Below are positions 34,697 through 44,261 of a DNA stretch of 64,000 bases, piece by piece (the stretch's first letter is position 1; each line of letters begins with the position of its first letter). The stretch is from Ignavibacteriota bacterium (GTDB taxonomy: Bacteria; Bacteroidota; Ignavibacteria; UBA10030). The notes below the pieces were generated by a model, which ran no database searches, was not told the DNA's origin, and saw only the letters and a program-made list of their open reading frames with translations. The translations under genes and the position numbers were made by a program. The stretch lies in the NCBI GenBank assembly GCA_963701295.1, contig OY969585.1:2976001-3040000 (forward strand), given 5' to 3'.

Positions 34697-36736
34697 TCAC
34701 CAGATCACTACTCTCGCACTGTCCGCACGCCACATGGTATCACCTTGTTTAATTCCAAACGCTGCATAGAACTCCGGCATGTTCGATAATGGACCGATGA
34801 CACGGAATTTAGCAGGCGAATGCTCATTGCTGCGCACCTGGCTTGCAATGGTTTCGGGACGTTCGTTCACCATCCACGCGAATGCATAGCCGAGGAAAAA
34901 ACGCTTATTTGGATTTAAACTTGCAATGATCTCATCGTTCTTATACTGGTCAGTTTTCTTGAACGCCTCATATCCCATAATAACACCGCCGAGATCTGCG
35001 ATGTTTTCACCTTGCGTCAGTTCGCCGTTGATGTGCAGACTGTCGACAGCCGTATATTCGTTAAATTGTTTGACGATCATTTTCGTCTTAGTGTAAAACT
35101 TGACGCTGTCCTCGCTCGTCCACCAATTATTCAGGTTCCCCTGTTCATCGTACTTGCTCCCCTGATCATCAAACCCGTGTGTGATTTCATGCCCGAATGT
35201 GGAGCCGCCAATGACAGAATACAGCAAAGCATCGTCGGCAAGCTTGCCTTCATACCCCGGAATAATAATATTGCATCCCGGTACACAGATTTCATTATTC
35301 GATGGATTGTAATAGGCATTATAGGTTTGAGGTTCCATATCCCATTCAGTCCGATCGACCGGCTTGCCATATTTAGAAATCATGAAATGAAATCCCCACA
35401 AATTGGCCCTCATCACATTGCGAACATAGGAAGAACGATCGATCCGCATCGTGCTGAGATCTTTCCATTTGTCTGGAAAACCGACTTTCATGATGATCGT
35501 GCTGAGTTTCTTAAGTGCCTTCACTTTTGTGACTTCGCTCATCCAATCCAATTTCTTTATCCGTTCAGCATATACTTCTTTGATGGCATTTCCGATCTCC
35601 AGTAGCTTTTCTTTTGTCCCTTTGGGTAAATATTCAGACATGTACACCTGCCCGATCAATTCACCAAGCGATTCGTTGGTTCGCTCGACGACACGTTTCC
35701 ACCTCGGCTTTGGTTCCTGCACTCCTTGAAGTGTTGTTGAATAAAAGTTGAATATCTCAAGATATGTTTTGTCATCAAGGTACGCTGCAAGACCGCGCAC
35801 AAGGTGGTACTTGAGATAATTTTTCCATGTATCGATAGAAACTGTCTTGAGATACCCGTTCAATGCGGTGAGAAATTCGGGTTGGCCGACGATAACGGTA
35901 TCTACGGTGCGTAAACCAACGCCTTTCGTAAAAACATTCCAATCGAAGTTTGGAGTAGTTTTCGACAATTGTTTGAAGGATATTTTATTGTAATTTTTCA
36001 GGGGATCGCGTGTGTCTTCTCGGTTGCGTGACGTTTTTGCAAGTGCGGTCTCCAGCGTCATCAGATTTTCTGCCGCTTGTTTTGCTTTTACGTCATCATA
36101 ACCAAAAATTTTAAACATATTACCTGCATGCACAACAAATTTCTGACGGATCATCATAGCAGCGGAATCGACATCGAAATAGTAACGCTTGTCAGGCAAA
36201 CTCAACCCCCCTTGATAGATAAAGACGGCATTCTTACTGCTGATTCTATTATCTTGTCCCACATCAAAAGAAAACATTGGTGAACCGGCAACAGTATGAA
36301 TATACGCCACTGCATAGACCATCCCCCTTAAATCATTTATACCGTCGATCATATCAAAATCTTTTTTAAGATTAGTTATCCCTTCTTTATTGAGTGTAAG
36401 GCTGTCCATACCAGTAAAAAAGAAATCGCCAATCTTTTGTTTATTACTTCCCTTTTCGGCGTTGGTCAATGCAGCGGAGGATTCGCACATAATGCGGATT
36501 TGTGCATTAATCGTATCCTGAATTAACTGCATGATGCCATTGTTAGCTTCATTGGCGGGAATAGGATTTTCTTTAAACCATCTGCCGTTAGCATATTGGA
36601 AGATATTATCTCCGGCTTTTACAGTCGTATCGATGTGTGCAACAAGTGGGTCTTGAGTGATTTGAGATTGGCCAAATGAGAAAGAAACAATGATTGCCAG
36701 GATAGCACAGAGTAAAACACTATAGGAATTTTTCAT
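34697..36736 (-). CDS. pepO: M13 family metallo-endopeptidase (PepO/neprilysin-like), secreted
   Basis: NAYY, HEITHGFD, GENIAD, HSP...RV; signal peptide. Confidence 0.93.
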   Translation of the reverse strand: MKNSYSVLLCAILAIIVSFSFGQSQITQDPLVAHIDTTVKAGDNIFQYANGRWFKENPIPANEANNGIMQLIQDTINAQIRIMCESSAALTNAEKGSNKQKIGDFFFTGMDSLTLNKEGITNLKKDFDMIDGINDLRGMVYAVAYIHTVAGSPMFSFDVGQDNRISSKNAVFIYQGGLSLPDKRYYFDVDSAAMMIRQKFVVHAGNMFKIFGYDDVKAKQAAENLMTLETALAKTSRNREDTRDPLKNYNKISFKQLSKTTPNFDWNVFTKGVGLRTVDTVIVGQPEFLTALNGYLKTVSIDTWKNYLKYHLVRGLAAYLDDKTYLEIFNFYSTTLQGVQEPKPRWKRVVERTNESLGELIGQVYMSEYLPKGTKEKLLEIGNAIKEVYAERIKKLDWMSEVTKVKALKKLSTIIMKVGFPDKWKDLSTMRIDRSSYVRNVMRANLWGFHFMISKYGKPVDRTEWDMEPQTYNAYYNPSNNEICVPGCNIIIPGYEGKLADDALLYSVIGGSTFGHEITHGFDDQGSKYDEQGNLNNWWTSEDSVKFYTKTKMIVKQFNEYTAVDSLHINGELTQGENIADLGGVIMGYEAFKKTDQYKNDEIIASLNPNKRFFLGYAFAWMVNERPETIASQVRSNEHSPAKFRVIGPLSNMPEFYAAFGIKQGDTMWRADSARVVIW

Positions 36737-36782
36737 ACTATATCCTTTCGAAGGAAAAATTATAATACATGAAACATACTAG

Positions 36783-37115
36783 CTATAATTTGCGAAAATA
36801 GAAAAATGAAATAATAAGAAGAATACCAATCGGCAGCACTACAACTAATCCTCCGAGTTTATTGACCATGATTACTGAAACGACATCAGGAATTAAAACA
36901 GCGACAATGAGCACGACGAGAGAAAACAAACTTGAAATGAGCAAGCCGCACCCAAAGAATTTATTTGCCTTATACCATACGGTCTCATCCGACATTGTTT
37001 TACGCGTACGAACCCCATAAAAACAATTTGGACGTACTTTTTGAAGTACCAGAGGAATTGATAATATCATGAAAACAAAACAAAGTATCATCGGAATGAT
37101 AATATGATTGATCAT
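36783..37115 (-). CDS. SdpI/YhfL family membrane protein
   Basis: PN.FYGVRT..TM.....W.KAN motif; 3 TM. Confidence 0.85.
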   Translation of the reverse strand: MINHIIIPMILCFVFMILSIPLVLQKVRPNCFYGVRTRKTMSDETVWYKANKFFGCGLLISSLFSLVVLIVAVLIPDVVSVIMVNKLGGLVVVLPIGILLIISFFYFRKL

Positions 37116-37265
37116 GGTATATGATTACTCAATCGCAATTCTTTCATATCTCAACACCAAAGCATTATCTACCGCTACCGCAGCGTGGATTGATGGTGTG
37201 TCAAATAACCAGCAAATTCCGAGATGTTTTGATGGTGAATGTCAATCTTATTTCTTTTTTTCACG

Positions 37266-38099
37266 TCAAAAATTGAAATTATTCGGATCTGCACCAACAC
37301 GTTCATTCTTGTCCAGGCGATCGATTGCCTGTGTATCCTTCGGCTTAATTTCAAAATCGAAAATCTGCGCATTGGAAATAATCCGCTCTCGACGGATGGA
37401 CTTAGGGATTGTAACAACACCTTTTTGCAGATTCCATCGCAACACTATTTGAGCAATATCCTTCTTATATTTCTCGACAAGAGGATGGAGCTCCTTAATG
37501 TTAAAAATATTTCCTTGCATAAGCGGACTCCATGCCTCATATTGGATCGTATGATTATGACAAAAGTCTATTAATTCCTGCTGAACAAGACGCGGATGAA
37601 ACTCCATTTGGTTCACCATGGGTACTACTTTGCAGTGTGCCAGGATGTCCTCAAGATGATAGCTGAGAAAATTACTTACACCTATGGCACGCACACGGCC
37701 TTCAGAGTATAATTGTTCAAGAGCTTCCCACGTCTCAATATATTTTCCTTTTACCGGCCAGTGAATCAGATATAAATCGAGGTATTCGAAATCTAACAAT
37801 TTCATACTCACATCAAAGGCACGCAGTGTGTTAGTATATCCCTGATCGGAATTCCAGACTTTGCTTGTAACAAAAATATTCTTGCGTGGTATGCCACTTT
37901 CTTTTATCGCCTGACCAATACCGCGTTCATTCCTATAAAGAGATGCCGTATCGATGTGCTTGTACCCGGCAGATAATGCGTATCGAACAGTTTGCTTTAC
38001 TTCTTCTCCATCACGAACTTGAAAGACTCCTAGTCCAAAATACGGCATGGGAACGCCATTCTTTAATTCAACAGTACCTTGTATATCAGAAATCTTCAT
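37266..38099 (-). CDS. Aldo/keto reductase (AKR5-like)
   Basis: IDTASLY.NE, DLYLIHWP, IGVSNF, IPKS...RI. Confidence 0.95.
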   Translation of the reverse strand: MKISDIQGTVELKNGVPMPYFGLGVFQVRDGEEVKQTVRYALSAGYKHIDTASLYRNERGIGQAIKESGIPRKNIFVTSKVWNSDQGYTNTLRAFDVSMKLLDFEYLDLYLIHWPVKGKYIETWEALEQLYSEGRVRAIGVSNFLSYHLEDILAHCKVVPMVNQMEFHPRLVQQELIDFCHNHTIQYEAWSPLMQGNIFNIKELHPLVEKYKKDIAQIVLRWNLQKGVVTIPKSIRRERIISNAQIFDFEIKPKDTQAIDRLDKNERVGADPNNFNF

Positions 38100-38142
38100 A
38101 AAGTGACTCCAATGTCCATTGCGTGATTTGTACTATATCCGT

Positions 38143-38970
38143 CTATTTCAAGGTTTGAGCAAAAAGCCATCTATACAGCTCTGGATCTGCATATGCCTTG
38201 ATCCAAGATTGTGGATGATCTGCTTCAGGATAGAGCGTGTATCGAATATTGCCTCCACATGCTTTTAATGCATCCACAAGAATTTCAGTCTGCCACGCCT
38301 GCACGGATCCATCTTTTCCACCATGGAAAGCCCAAATTGGAAGCTCTTTGAGATCACAAAGGTTATCCGGAATTTCTTTACTTTTAAATTTATATGCTCC
38401 TGCAATTGGTACAATCGCGGTAAAATAGTGGGGATAACGCAAAGCAAAATTCCATGTCCCAGCTCCTCCCATACTAAATCCTGTTAGATATACACGCCGA
38501 GTATCCACGGAATATTTTGATTGAATTTGATCCAACAATTCTTTTAATGGATCGATGAAGTCATCCCAGAGTGACTTGTCGAGTGGCAATTGTGGAGACA
38601 CAACAATACATGGAAAATCTTTTTGCTGATCGAGAATCTTCGGCAACGGATGTTTTTTCAGAATCTCTAGATCATCCCCGCGTTCGCCCATACCGTGGAG
38701 AAAAAGAATTAACGGCCATTTCTTTTGCTGATCCTTTCCATATAATTCCGGTAAATAAAATAGATAGTTTATATGCATCGTTGCTTTCATTTGAATTGGC
38801 GACTCAGTTTTTAGAGTTATTGAATAGGCATGCTGACCTTTAACAGCGACCAGCGGAGGTGCCGGATATACAGTTGCAGTACTTGTGGCTCCACATCCTT
38901 CAATCATAAAAACAGTCACCGCCGAGAATATCAATCCAATAAAGAGAAAACACAATGAATATTGTGCCAT
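38143..38970 (-). CDS. Alpha/beta hydrolase (carboxylesterase/peptidase-like), probable lipoprotein
   Basis: FLHGMGE, GFSMGG nucleophile elbow, FHGGKD, catalytic His; EG-C lipobox-like site. Confidence 0.85.
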   Translation of the reverse strand: MAQYSLCFLFIGLIFSAVTVFMIEGCGATSTATVYPAPPLVAVKGQHAYSITLKTESPIQMKATMHINYLFYLPELYGKDQQKKWPLILFLHGMGERGDDLEILKKHPLPKILDQQKDFPCIVVSPQLPLDKSLWDDFIDPLKELLDQIQSKYSVDTRRVYLTGFSMGGAGTWNFALRYPHYFTAIVPIAGAYKFKSKEIPDNLCDLKELPIWAFHGGKDGSVQAWQTEILVDALKACGGNIRYTLYPEADHPQSWIKAYADPELYRWLFAQTLK

Positions 38971-39052
38971 AGAGAGCCTTCACAGTGATACCGTTTTGAT
39001 CGTATGACTTGAATGCAGCTTTTTCTTATTTCATCTATAGCAGCCGATACAG

Positions 39053-39244
39053 CTATTTTTTATCTCGCTGCCTGAGAAGTGACCGAGAAATTCCTAATAT
39101 CAAAGCGAGACGAAAGCTCGATTCCCCATCAATCATACTCGTACGGTACACAATAAGATTATAAAGGAATGCAACAATCAAGCTAACCACAAAAATAACT
39201 GCAAATGCAATCACAAAATCTGTTGCTAATTTGTTCATTTTCAT
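39053..39244 (-). CDS. Small membrane hypothetical protein
   Basis: Hydrophobic ORF co-oriented between the GH26 and hydrolase genes; start uncertain. Confidence 0.45.
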   Translation of the reverse strand: MKMNKLATDFVIAFAVIFVVSLIVAFLYNLIVYRTSMIDGESSFRLALILGISRSLLRQRDKK

Positions 39245-39306
39245 TGGAGGAATTCCTTTGATTTGTTGATTGATTTTTTTCATATGCACCCTCATTCTTT
39301 TTAGAT

Positions 39307-40857
39307 TTACTTCTTATCATAAATCATTATAATATTTCGTTCGCCCCAGAATGAATTGGAATACTGTTTTATTGATAAAACCGTACCAAGTTTCTGTAAA
39401 CTCCATGATTCATTATCCGCAACATTGTAAGTCAGTCCGCCTCTTTTTAATATGACCTTCGATTCAATGATCAACGTATCACAATTTTTAGACCATGTTG
39501 CTTTCATTGTTTTTGGAGAATCCCACATCTCTGACATAGATTCTTTGCCGTCAAGCGTCATGTTTTCGTCTGTAACCAAATCATCAGTATATTCCAAAAC
39601 GTAAGCCTTTTGAATGGCTAGAACATTCTCTTTTTGAGTAATCTTTAATCTGTAAGGAAGGGAGTTGACACCCATATTATCGAGTACACTGTTTTCTTCA
39701 TTAAAAATCCAGTTCCCTGAAAAATCAGCCTTTCCGCCATTGGACTTCGTCTCCTTCAATGGAAAAGGAGAAAGCCCGCACACTGCGCGGTATGGAGTAA
39801 TAAGTTTCCAGTACACAGAATCTTCTAAATTCAGTATACGATTGTTATTCACCAGTTCCCAATGTTGTTTCTTCATTGTGTTTCGAACCATTCCTGCCCA
39901 AATAACATAGAATGCCCACTTCGGCTGGTTTTTCAGAATTTCAAGCGTTGGTGGATTTCCAACTTCCGCAAGGACAAGTGGTTTTCCTTTTGATAAAACA
40001 ATCAGGCTGTCATAATACGATTGATTAAAATCTTTTTTATAAATATCTAATGAGATGATGTCGAGGAATTCATTCCCTGGGTAATAATCTGAGAACTGCA
40101 TTTCAGGCTTCACGGGCCTATCGACACTCCACATCCAAATCAGATTATGGAGTTTGTGATAATTCACGAGCCTGTCAAAAAGTTGACGATAGAGCGTTGC
40201 GGTACCGTATTTTCCAATTCGTCCTCCCCACCAGAACCACTTGCCATTCATTTCATGATAGGGACGCCAAAGCACTGGCACTTGTGCATCTTGAAGTTTT
40301 TTTAGATAAAAAGCAATTGAGTCGACTTGCGCCTGCCATCGCATATACAGCATGGTTCCCGGCGTCAGCACGTCTCTGAATTGTTGATCCAGGATTTGAC
40401 CCTGCACACTCGTCAGTGAGTCCGATGCGGTACCTTCAAATTGCGACCCGAAGGTAACAGGCTCTTCCGCGGTTGGCGGTACCGCATGCCAGCATATCGT
40501 AATGATCGAACCCATGAGATGCTGTCTTTTAATTTCTTCTACAATATCCGGTCGTGCAAGGTAAGAGTCTTTGTCGCCATCCTTTGCAAATCCCCAATCC
40601 GTACTGAATATGACAGGTGTTTTACCGATATATGCTGCTGCAAATTGTGAGTTCCTGCTTTTTGCGTTTGAATAATTATGTTGACCGGTTAACGTGTAAT
40701 TTCCTGAAATGCTGTAAATAAATTTCAATAACGCTTGAGCTTCTCGCGAAGCGTTGGGGGTTACCGGCTTGACGTTGCTATCAGAGCTAAAAAGCGAAAA
40801 AGACCTTAAACACAAAAGTACTAGAGATAGCCAAAATATTCTTCGTTTGAATATCAT
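39307..40857 (-). CDS. GH26 beta-mannanase with an extra C-terminal beta domain
   Basis: PVTPNA, ICWH, WRPYHEMNG.WFWWG (acid/base Glu), YYPG...D, LAEVG (nucleophile); signal peptide. Confidence 0.9.
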   Translation of the reverse strand: MIFKRRIFWLSLVLLCLRSFSLFSSDSNVKPVTPNASREAQALLKFIYSISGNYTLTGQHNYSNAKSRNSQFAAAYIGKTPVIFSTDWGFAKDGDKDSYLARPDIVEEIKRQHLMGSIITICWHAVPPTAEEPVTFGSQFEGTASDSLTSVQGQILDQQFRDVLTPGTMLYMRWQAQVDSIAFYLKKLQDAQVPVLWRPYHEMNGKWFWWGGRIGKYGTATLYRQLFDRLVNYHKLHNLIWMWSVDRPVKPEMQFSDYYPGNEFLDIISLDIYKKDFNQSYYDSLIVLSKGKPLVLAEVGNPPTLEILKNQPKWAFYVIWAGMVRNTMKKQHWELVNNNRILNLEDSVYWKLITPYRAVCGLSPFPLKETKSNGGKADFSGNWIFNEENSVLDNMGVNSLPYRLKITQKENVLAIQKAYVLEYTDDLVTDENMTLDGKESMSEMWDSPKTMKATWSKNCDTLIIESKVILKRGGLTYNVADNESWSLQKLGTVLSIKQYSNSFWGERNIIMIYDKK

Positions 40858-40946
40858 ATTCTCACTTACTTTCTTGAGAGATAGAAATTTTCTTGTCGTT
40901 CATATGCAAAGGTTTTAGAAATGTAGCCAAAAGGTGCGTGAGAAAC

Positions 40947-41019
40947 AAAAGAAAAACCCCGACGCACTACCAGACGCCGGGGTTAGGGAGGCTATCTTAC
41001 GCCGCCGGGGAGACGGCGC
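40947..41019 (-). ncRNA. Candidate ~75-nt small RNA with a C-rich loop and terminator
   Basis: Starts 7 nt after a consensus -10. 8-bp hairpin with a UCCCC loop, GCCUCCCU linker, 10-bp terminator stem and U-tract. G-U pairs fit only the minus strand. Confidence 0.7.
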
Positions 41020-41025
41020 AGTGCA

Positions 41026-41054
41026 ATTATAGAAAAGTTTTTCGTTTTTGTCAA
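41026..41054 (-). promoter_or_regulatory. Perfect-consensus sigma70 promoter
   Basis: TTGACA (41054-49), 17-nt spacer, TATAAT (41031-26). Confidence 0.85.
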
Positions 41055-41251
41055 ATAGGGATTTCGGGTTGCGTTTCTATCCATTGATAGAATATCTTCA
41101 GCGGAATCGGGCACTCGAATGATCATAATATCATCTTAACAAATTGTCTTTCTTAAGTGCAATATATTTCTCTTTTATATTTATTCTTTCTATTTTTCAA
41201 CTGTTCTATCTTTTCTAACTATTCTTCAATATTCCATGGAGGAACATATAG

Positions 41252-42235
41252 TTACCAATAGTGATGGACGAATGGCCGAATATTCTGATTATATAATTCC
41301 TTAATTGTTTTCATTGTAGAATCGGGAAGAGAAGGCAAATCGGCCGCTTTGGTATTCTCTTCTGCTTGCCGAGGATTCTTCGCACCGGGAATCGCACATG
41401 TCACCGATGAATTCATTAAGATCCACTTCAAAGCAAATTGTATCATCGTTATATCAGCTGGTACAAGGTGGCGTAGTTTTTCCACAAAGTCCAAACTCAG
41501 ATCATAGTCAACTCCAGAAAAAGTTTCTCCACGGTCGAATGCCTCGCCATGCCGATTAAATAATCGATGATCACCCTTTTCAAAATTTGACTGTTTCGAC
41601 ATTTTGCCTGTCAGCATACCGGAAGAAAGCGGCAATCTGGCGAGGATTCCTACCTTACGCTTGGCTGCTTCGCCAAAGAACAATTCTGAAGGTCTCTGTC
41701 GAAAAATATTATAGATAATCTGGACAGACTGGATATTAGGAAACTCTATTGCCTTAAGCGCCTCTTCAACCTTTTCAACACTCACTCCATAAAATCGGAG
41801 TTTACCGATCTGAACAAGATCATCTAGAATTCCGAATACTTCCGGCATATAATATACTTCCGTAGGTGGACAATGAAGCTGAAGGATGTCAATTGCGTCG
41901 GTATTCAAATTCTTTAGACTGCTTTCAATGAATGCTGTGAGATTTTTTTTATTGTATCCGTCAGAAGTATGAGGATCCAAGCGCCTGCCAGCTTTTGTTG
42001 CAATATAGAATTGTTCAGCCCGCTCATGTCTTAATTGAGCAAGAAGTCGTTCGCTCCGTCCGTCTCCGTATACATCGGCTGTATCAAAAAAGTTGACACC
42101 TGCATCCAAGACTGTATGAAGGGCAGCTAGTGAATCCTTATCGTTCACAGATCCCCATGCACTTCCAATCGCCCATGCACCGAAGCTTATTGCCGATACG
42201 TTCCAGCTTGTTCTTCCAAGTTTTCGATATTCCAT
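41252..42235 (-). CDS. Aldo/keto reductase
   Basis: FDTADVYG.G.SE, IATK, QLH, YGVSV, IPGA. Confidence 0.93.
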   Translation of the reverse strand: MEYRKLGRTSWNVSAISFGAWAIGSAWGSVNDKDSLAALHTVLDAGVNFFDTADVYGDGRSERLLAQLRHERAEQFYIATKAGRRLDPHTSDGYNKKNLTAFIESSLKNLNTDAIDILQLHCPPTEVYYMPEVFGILDDLVQIGKLRFYGVSVEKVEEALKAIEFPNIQSVQIIYNIFRQRPSELFFGEAAKRKVGILARLPLSSGMLTGKMSKQSNFEKGDHRLFNRHGEAFDRGETFSGVDYDLSLDFVEKLRHLVPADITMIQFALKWILMNSSVTCAIPGAKNPRQAEENTKAADLPSLPDSTMKTIKELYNQNIRPFVHHYW

Positions 42236-42374
42236 CTTTTCTTCCTTTAAGGTCTACACTAAAAATATGAATATGCCATTCACGTTTTTAAGCCAAGAAC
42301 TGAGAGTCTAAAAAAGGGACTATCATTATATATATGTAACCATTGGAAGATTTCTGAATAAAGCTTTGAAAATC

Positions 42375-43682
42375 TTAGAAATCAAACACGAGACTCACTT
42401 TTGGTTCTACACGAATCTGTTTAATAAAAGAACCATCGGGGCGTAGTGAACCATCAGGATTTCTATTCGAATATGTTTGTTGATATAATATTGACACTAG
42501 TAAATATTTAGCCGGTTTATAACCGATCTCTGCGCTCAGGAGAGAATAATTATCCAGAATAAAGACACGGCCTATATTTGCTTTGTCGAATGCCCCTCGC
42601 ACAACGATATCGGAAACTTCTGGTAATCGAAGTTCTGCATGTAACAGGCCTTCGTCTTTTGTTTCAAACGGTGCCTGATAACCAGCGATGATATTGAATG
42701 TATTCAAAATACTCATAACGAGCTCGCCGTAGTAACCACGATTTGCCGTGACACTCTGAAGTGTATCAGATTTACTTCTGTTTCTGAGTGCATCATATCT
42801 ATCATGCTCATAGAACGCATTGAAATATGCCGGCAAATACTTGTCACCATTAAACCGCAATTCGTATTTTCCTCTAATACTGACCAGTCCAAATCCTGTA
42901 TAAAACATATTGATACCGACAGATGATCCTTGTCCATAATTTTGAATTTTTGCATAATCAAAATATAAAGTGGATTTTATCGTCGCATAAGAGATAATTG
43001 GTAAACCAAGATCGAACCCAATAATGGCAAGTCCTCTACCGCTAGAATCAGCGGATGTTATATCTGCTTGCTCATTCAAATCACGCGCGTAGGTAGCACC
43101 AATTTCAAAGTTATTTATCACAGGTACTTTTGCAAGACTTGTAAGCTTTAACGGTTTCACATAAGCACGAAAACCTATTAAGCCTTTGTTAACAAGGTCG
43201 CTACAAACTGATTCTAAGCCGAATTTCTCAAAATTCAAATCTAATTCAATGCCTGTCCTCCTCATGTCATAACTTGCACTATTGCGATAATCGTAAATTA
43301 TAGAACCGTGACCAAGAAGAGAATAATCAAGCTGTCCAACACGAGTATAGAACGGATCGCCTTTCTGCGCCCAACGGACATAACGGACGATTCGAAGGTA
43401 GTCCTCAAATTTATCGTAATCACCTGCTCTGAGCGTACCTTCCGTAGTGAAACGAAGATTCAGATCAAGACCTATACCAAGCTGTCCAAATGCAACTTCG
43501 GGTGCTATACTGATCAAATAAAAAGTTTCTCCGTCGATGAAGGTAGCGCCAAACCCAACGGGTATTGAACCTCCACTTGTTCCCATCATTGCTGCTGTGG
43601 CATTACTCCATTGACCATTTCCTATTACAATAAAAGCTACAACAGCGAAGAGGATAATCGACATAGTTCTCAGTGGTTTCAT
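42375..43682 (-). CDS. Outer-membrane beta-barrel protein, unknown function
   Basis: Signal peptide, amphipathic strands, C-terminal VFDF. Confidence 0.65.
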   Translation of the reverse strand: MKPLRTMSIILFAVVAFIVIGNGQWSNATAAMMGTSGGSIPVGFGATFIDGETFYLISIAPEVAFGQLGIGLDLNLRFTTEGTLRAGDYDKFEDYLRIVRYVRWAQKGDPFYTRVGQLDYSLLGHGSIIYDYRNSASYDMRRTGIELDLNFEKFGLESVCSDLVNKGLIGFRAYVKPLKLTSLAKVPVINNFEIGATYARDLNEQADITSADSSGRGLAIIGFDLGLPIISYATIKSTLYFDYAKIQNYGQGSSVGINMFYTGFGLVSIRGKYELRFNGDKYLPAYFNAFYEHDRYDALRNRSKSDTLQSVTANRGYYGELVMSILNTFNIIAGYQAPFETKDEGLLHAELRLPEVSDIVVRGAFDKANIGRVFILDNYSLLSAEIGYKPAKYLLVSILYQQTYSNRNPDGSLRPDGSFIKQIRVEPKVSLVFDF

Positions 43683-43712
43683 AATTCCTCCTATTGTTGT
43701 TTTCTTAATGAA

Positions 43713-44261
43713 CTATACTCCAAAAAGAATCCGGCAAATAAAGACTGCCGCCAACATGCCTGCAAGATCAGCAAGCAGTCCGACTGGTACAGCATGTCGT
43801 GTATTTTTAATATTCACAGATCCGAAATAGACAGCAAGAATATAGAATGTTGTTTCTGAACTGCCGTACAGCGTCGAGGCAAGCACACCGATAAACGAAT
43901 CCGGTCCGTGCACCTTCATCAATTCTGTCATAATACCCAAAGAACCGCTGCCTGAAAGCGGACGCATGAGTGCCATCGGTAAAGCATCCGGTGGCATACC
44001 GATGAGATTCGTAAGCGGTGTAATGATCGATATTAATACATCCATTGCGCCGCTGGCACGGAAGATTCCGATGGCGAATAGCATTGCTACCAGATAGGGA
44101 ATAATGCGTATAGCGGTATGAAATCCATCCTTCGCTCCTTCAACGAATACTTCATAGACACGAACCTTTTTGAAAAAACCCCAGCCCAAGAAGATTGCAA
44201 TCATAAGCGGGATAGCAAGAATAGAAATAAAATTGATGACAGTGCGAAAGAGATCAGCCAT
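43713..44261 (-). CDS. spmB: SpmB-like nucleoside-recognition (gate) domain membrane protein
   Basis: VYEVFVEGAK.G, MRPLSGSGS, GPDS, GSSETTFY..AVYFG. Confidence 0.85.
   Translation of the reverse strand: MADLFRTVINFISILAIPLMIAIFLGWGFFKKVRVYEVFVEGAKDGFHTAIRIIPYLVAMLFAIGIFRASGAMDVLISIITPLTNLIGMPPDALPMALMRPLSGSGSLGIMTELMKVHGPDSFIGVLASTLYGSSETTFYILAVYFGSVNIKNTRHAVPVGLLADLAGMLAAVFICRILFGV

Noticed and set aside
40964-41024. Antiterminator pairing GCACU/AGUGC, or a type I toxin opposite the sRNA
   Set aside because: GCACT lies upstream of the predicted +1, and no plausible toxin ORF follows the plus-strand GGGAGG
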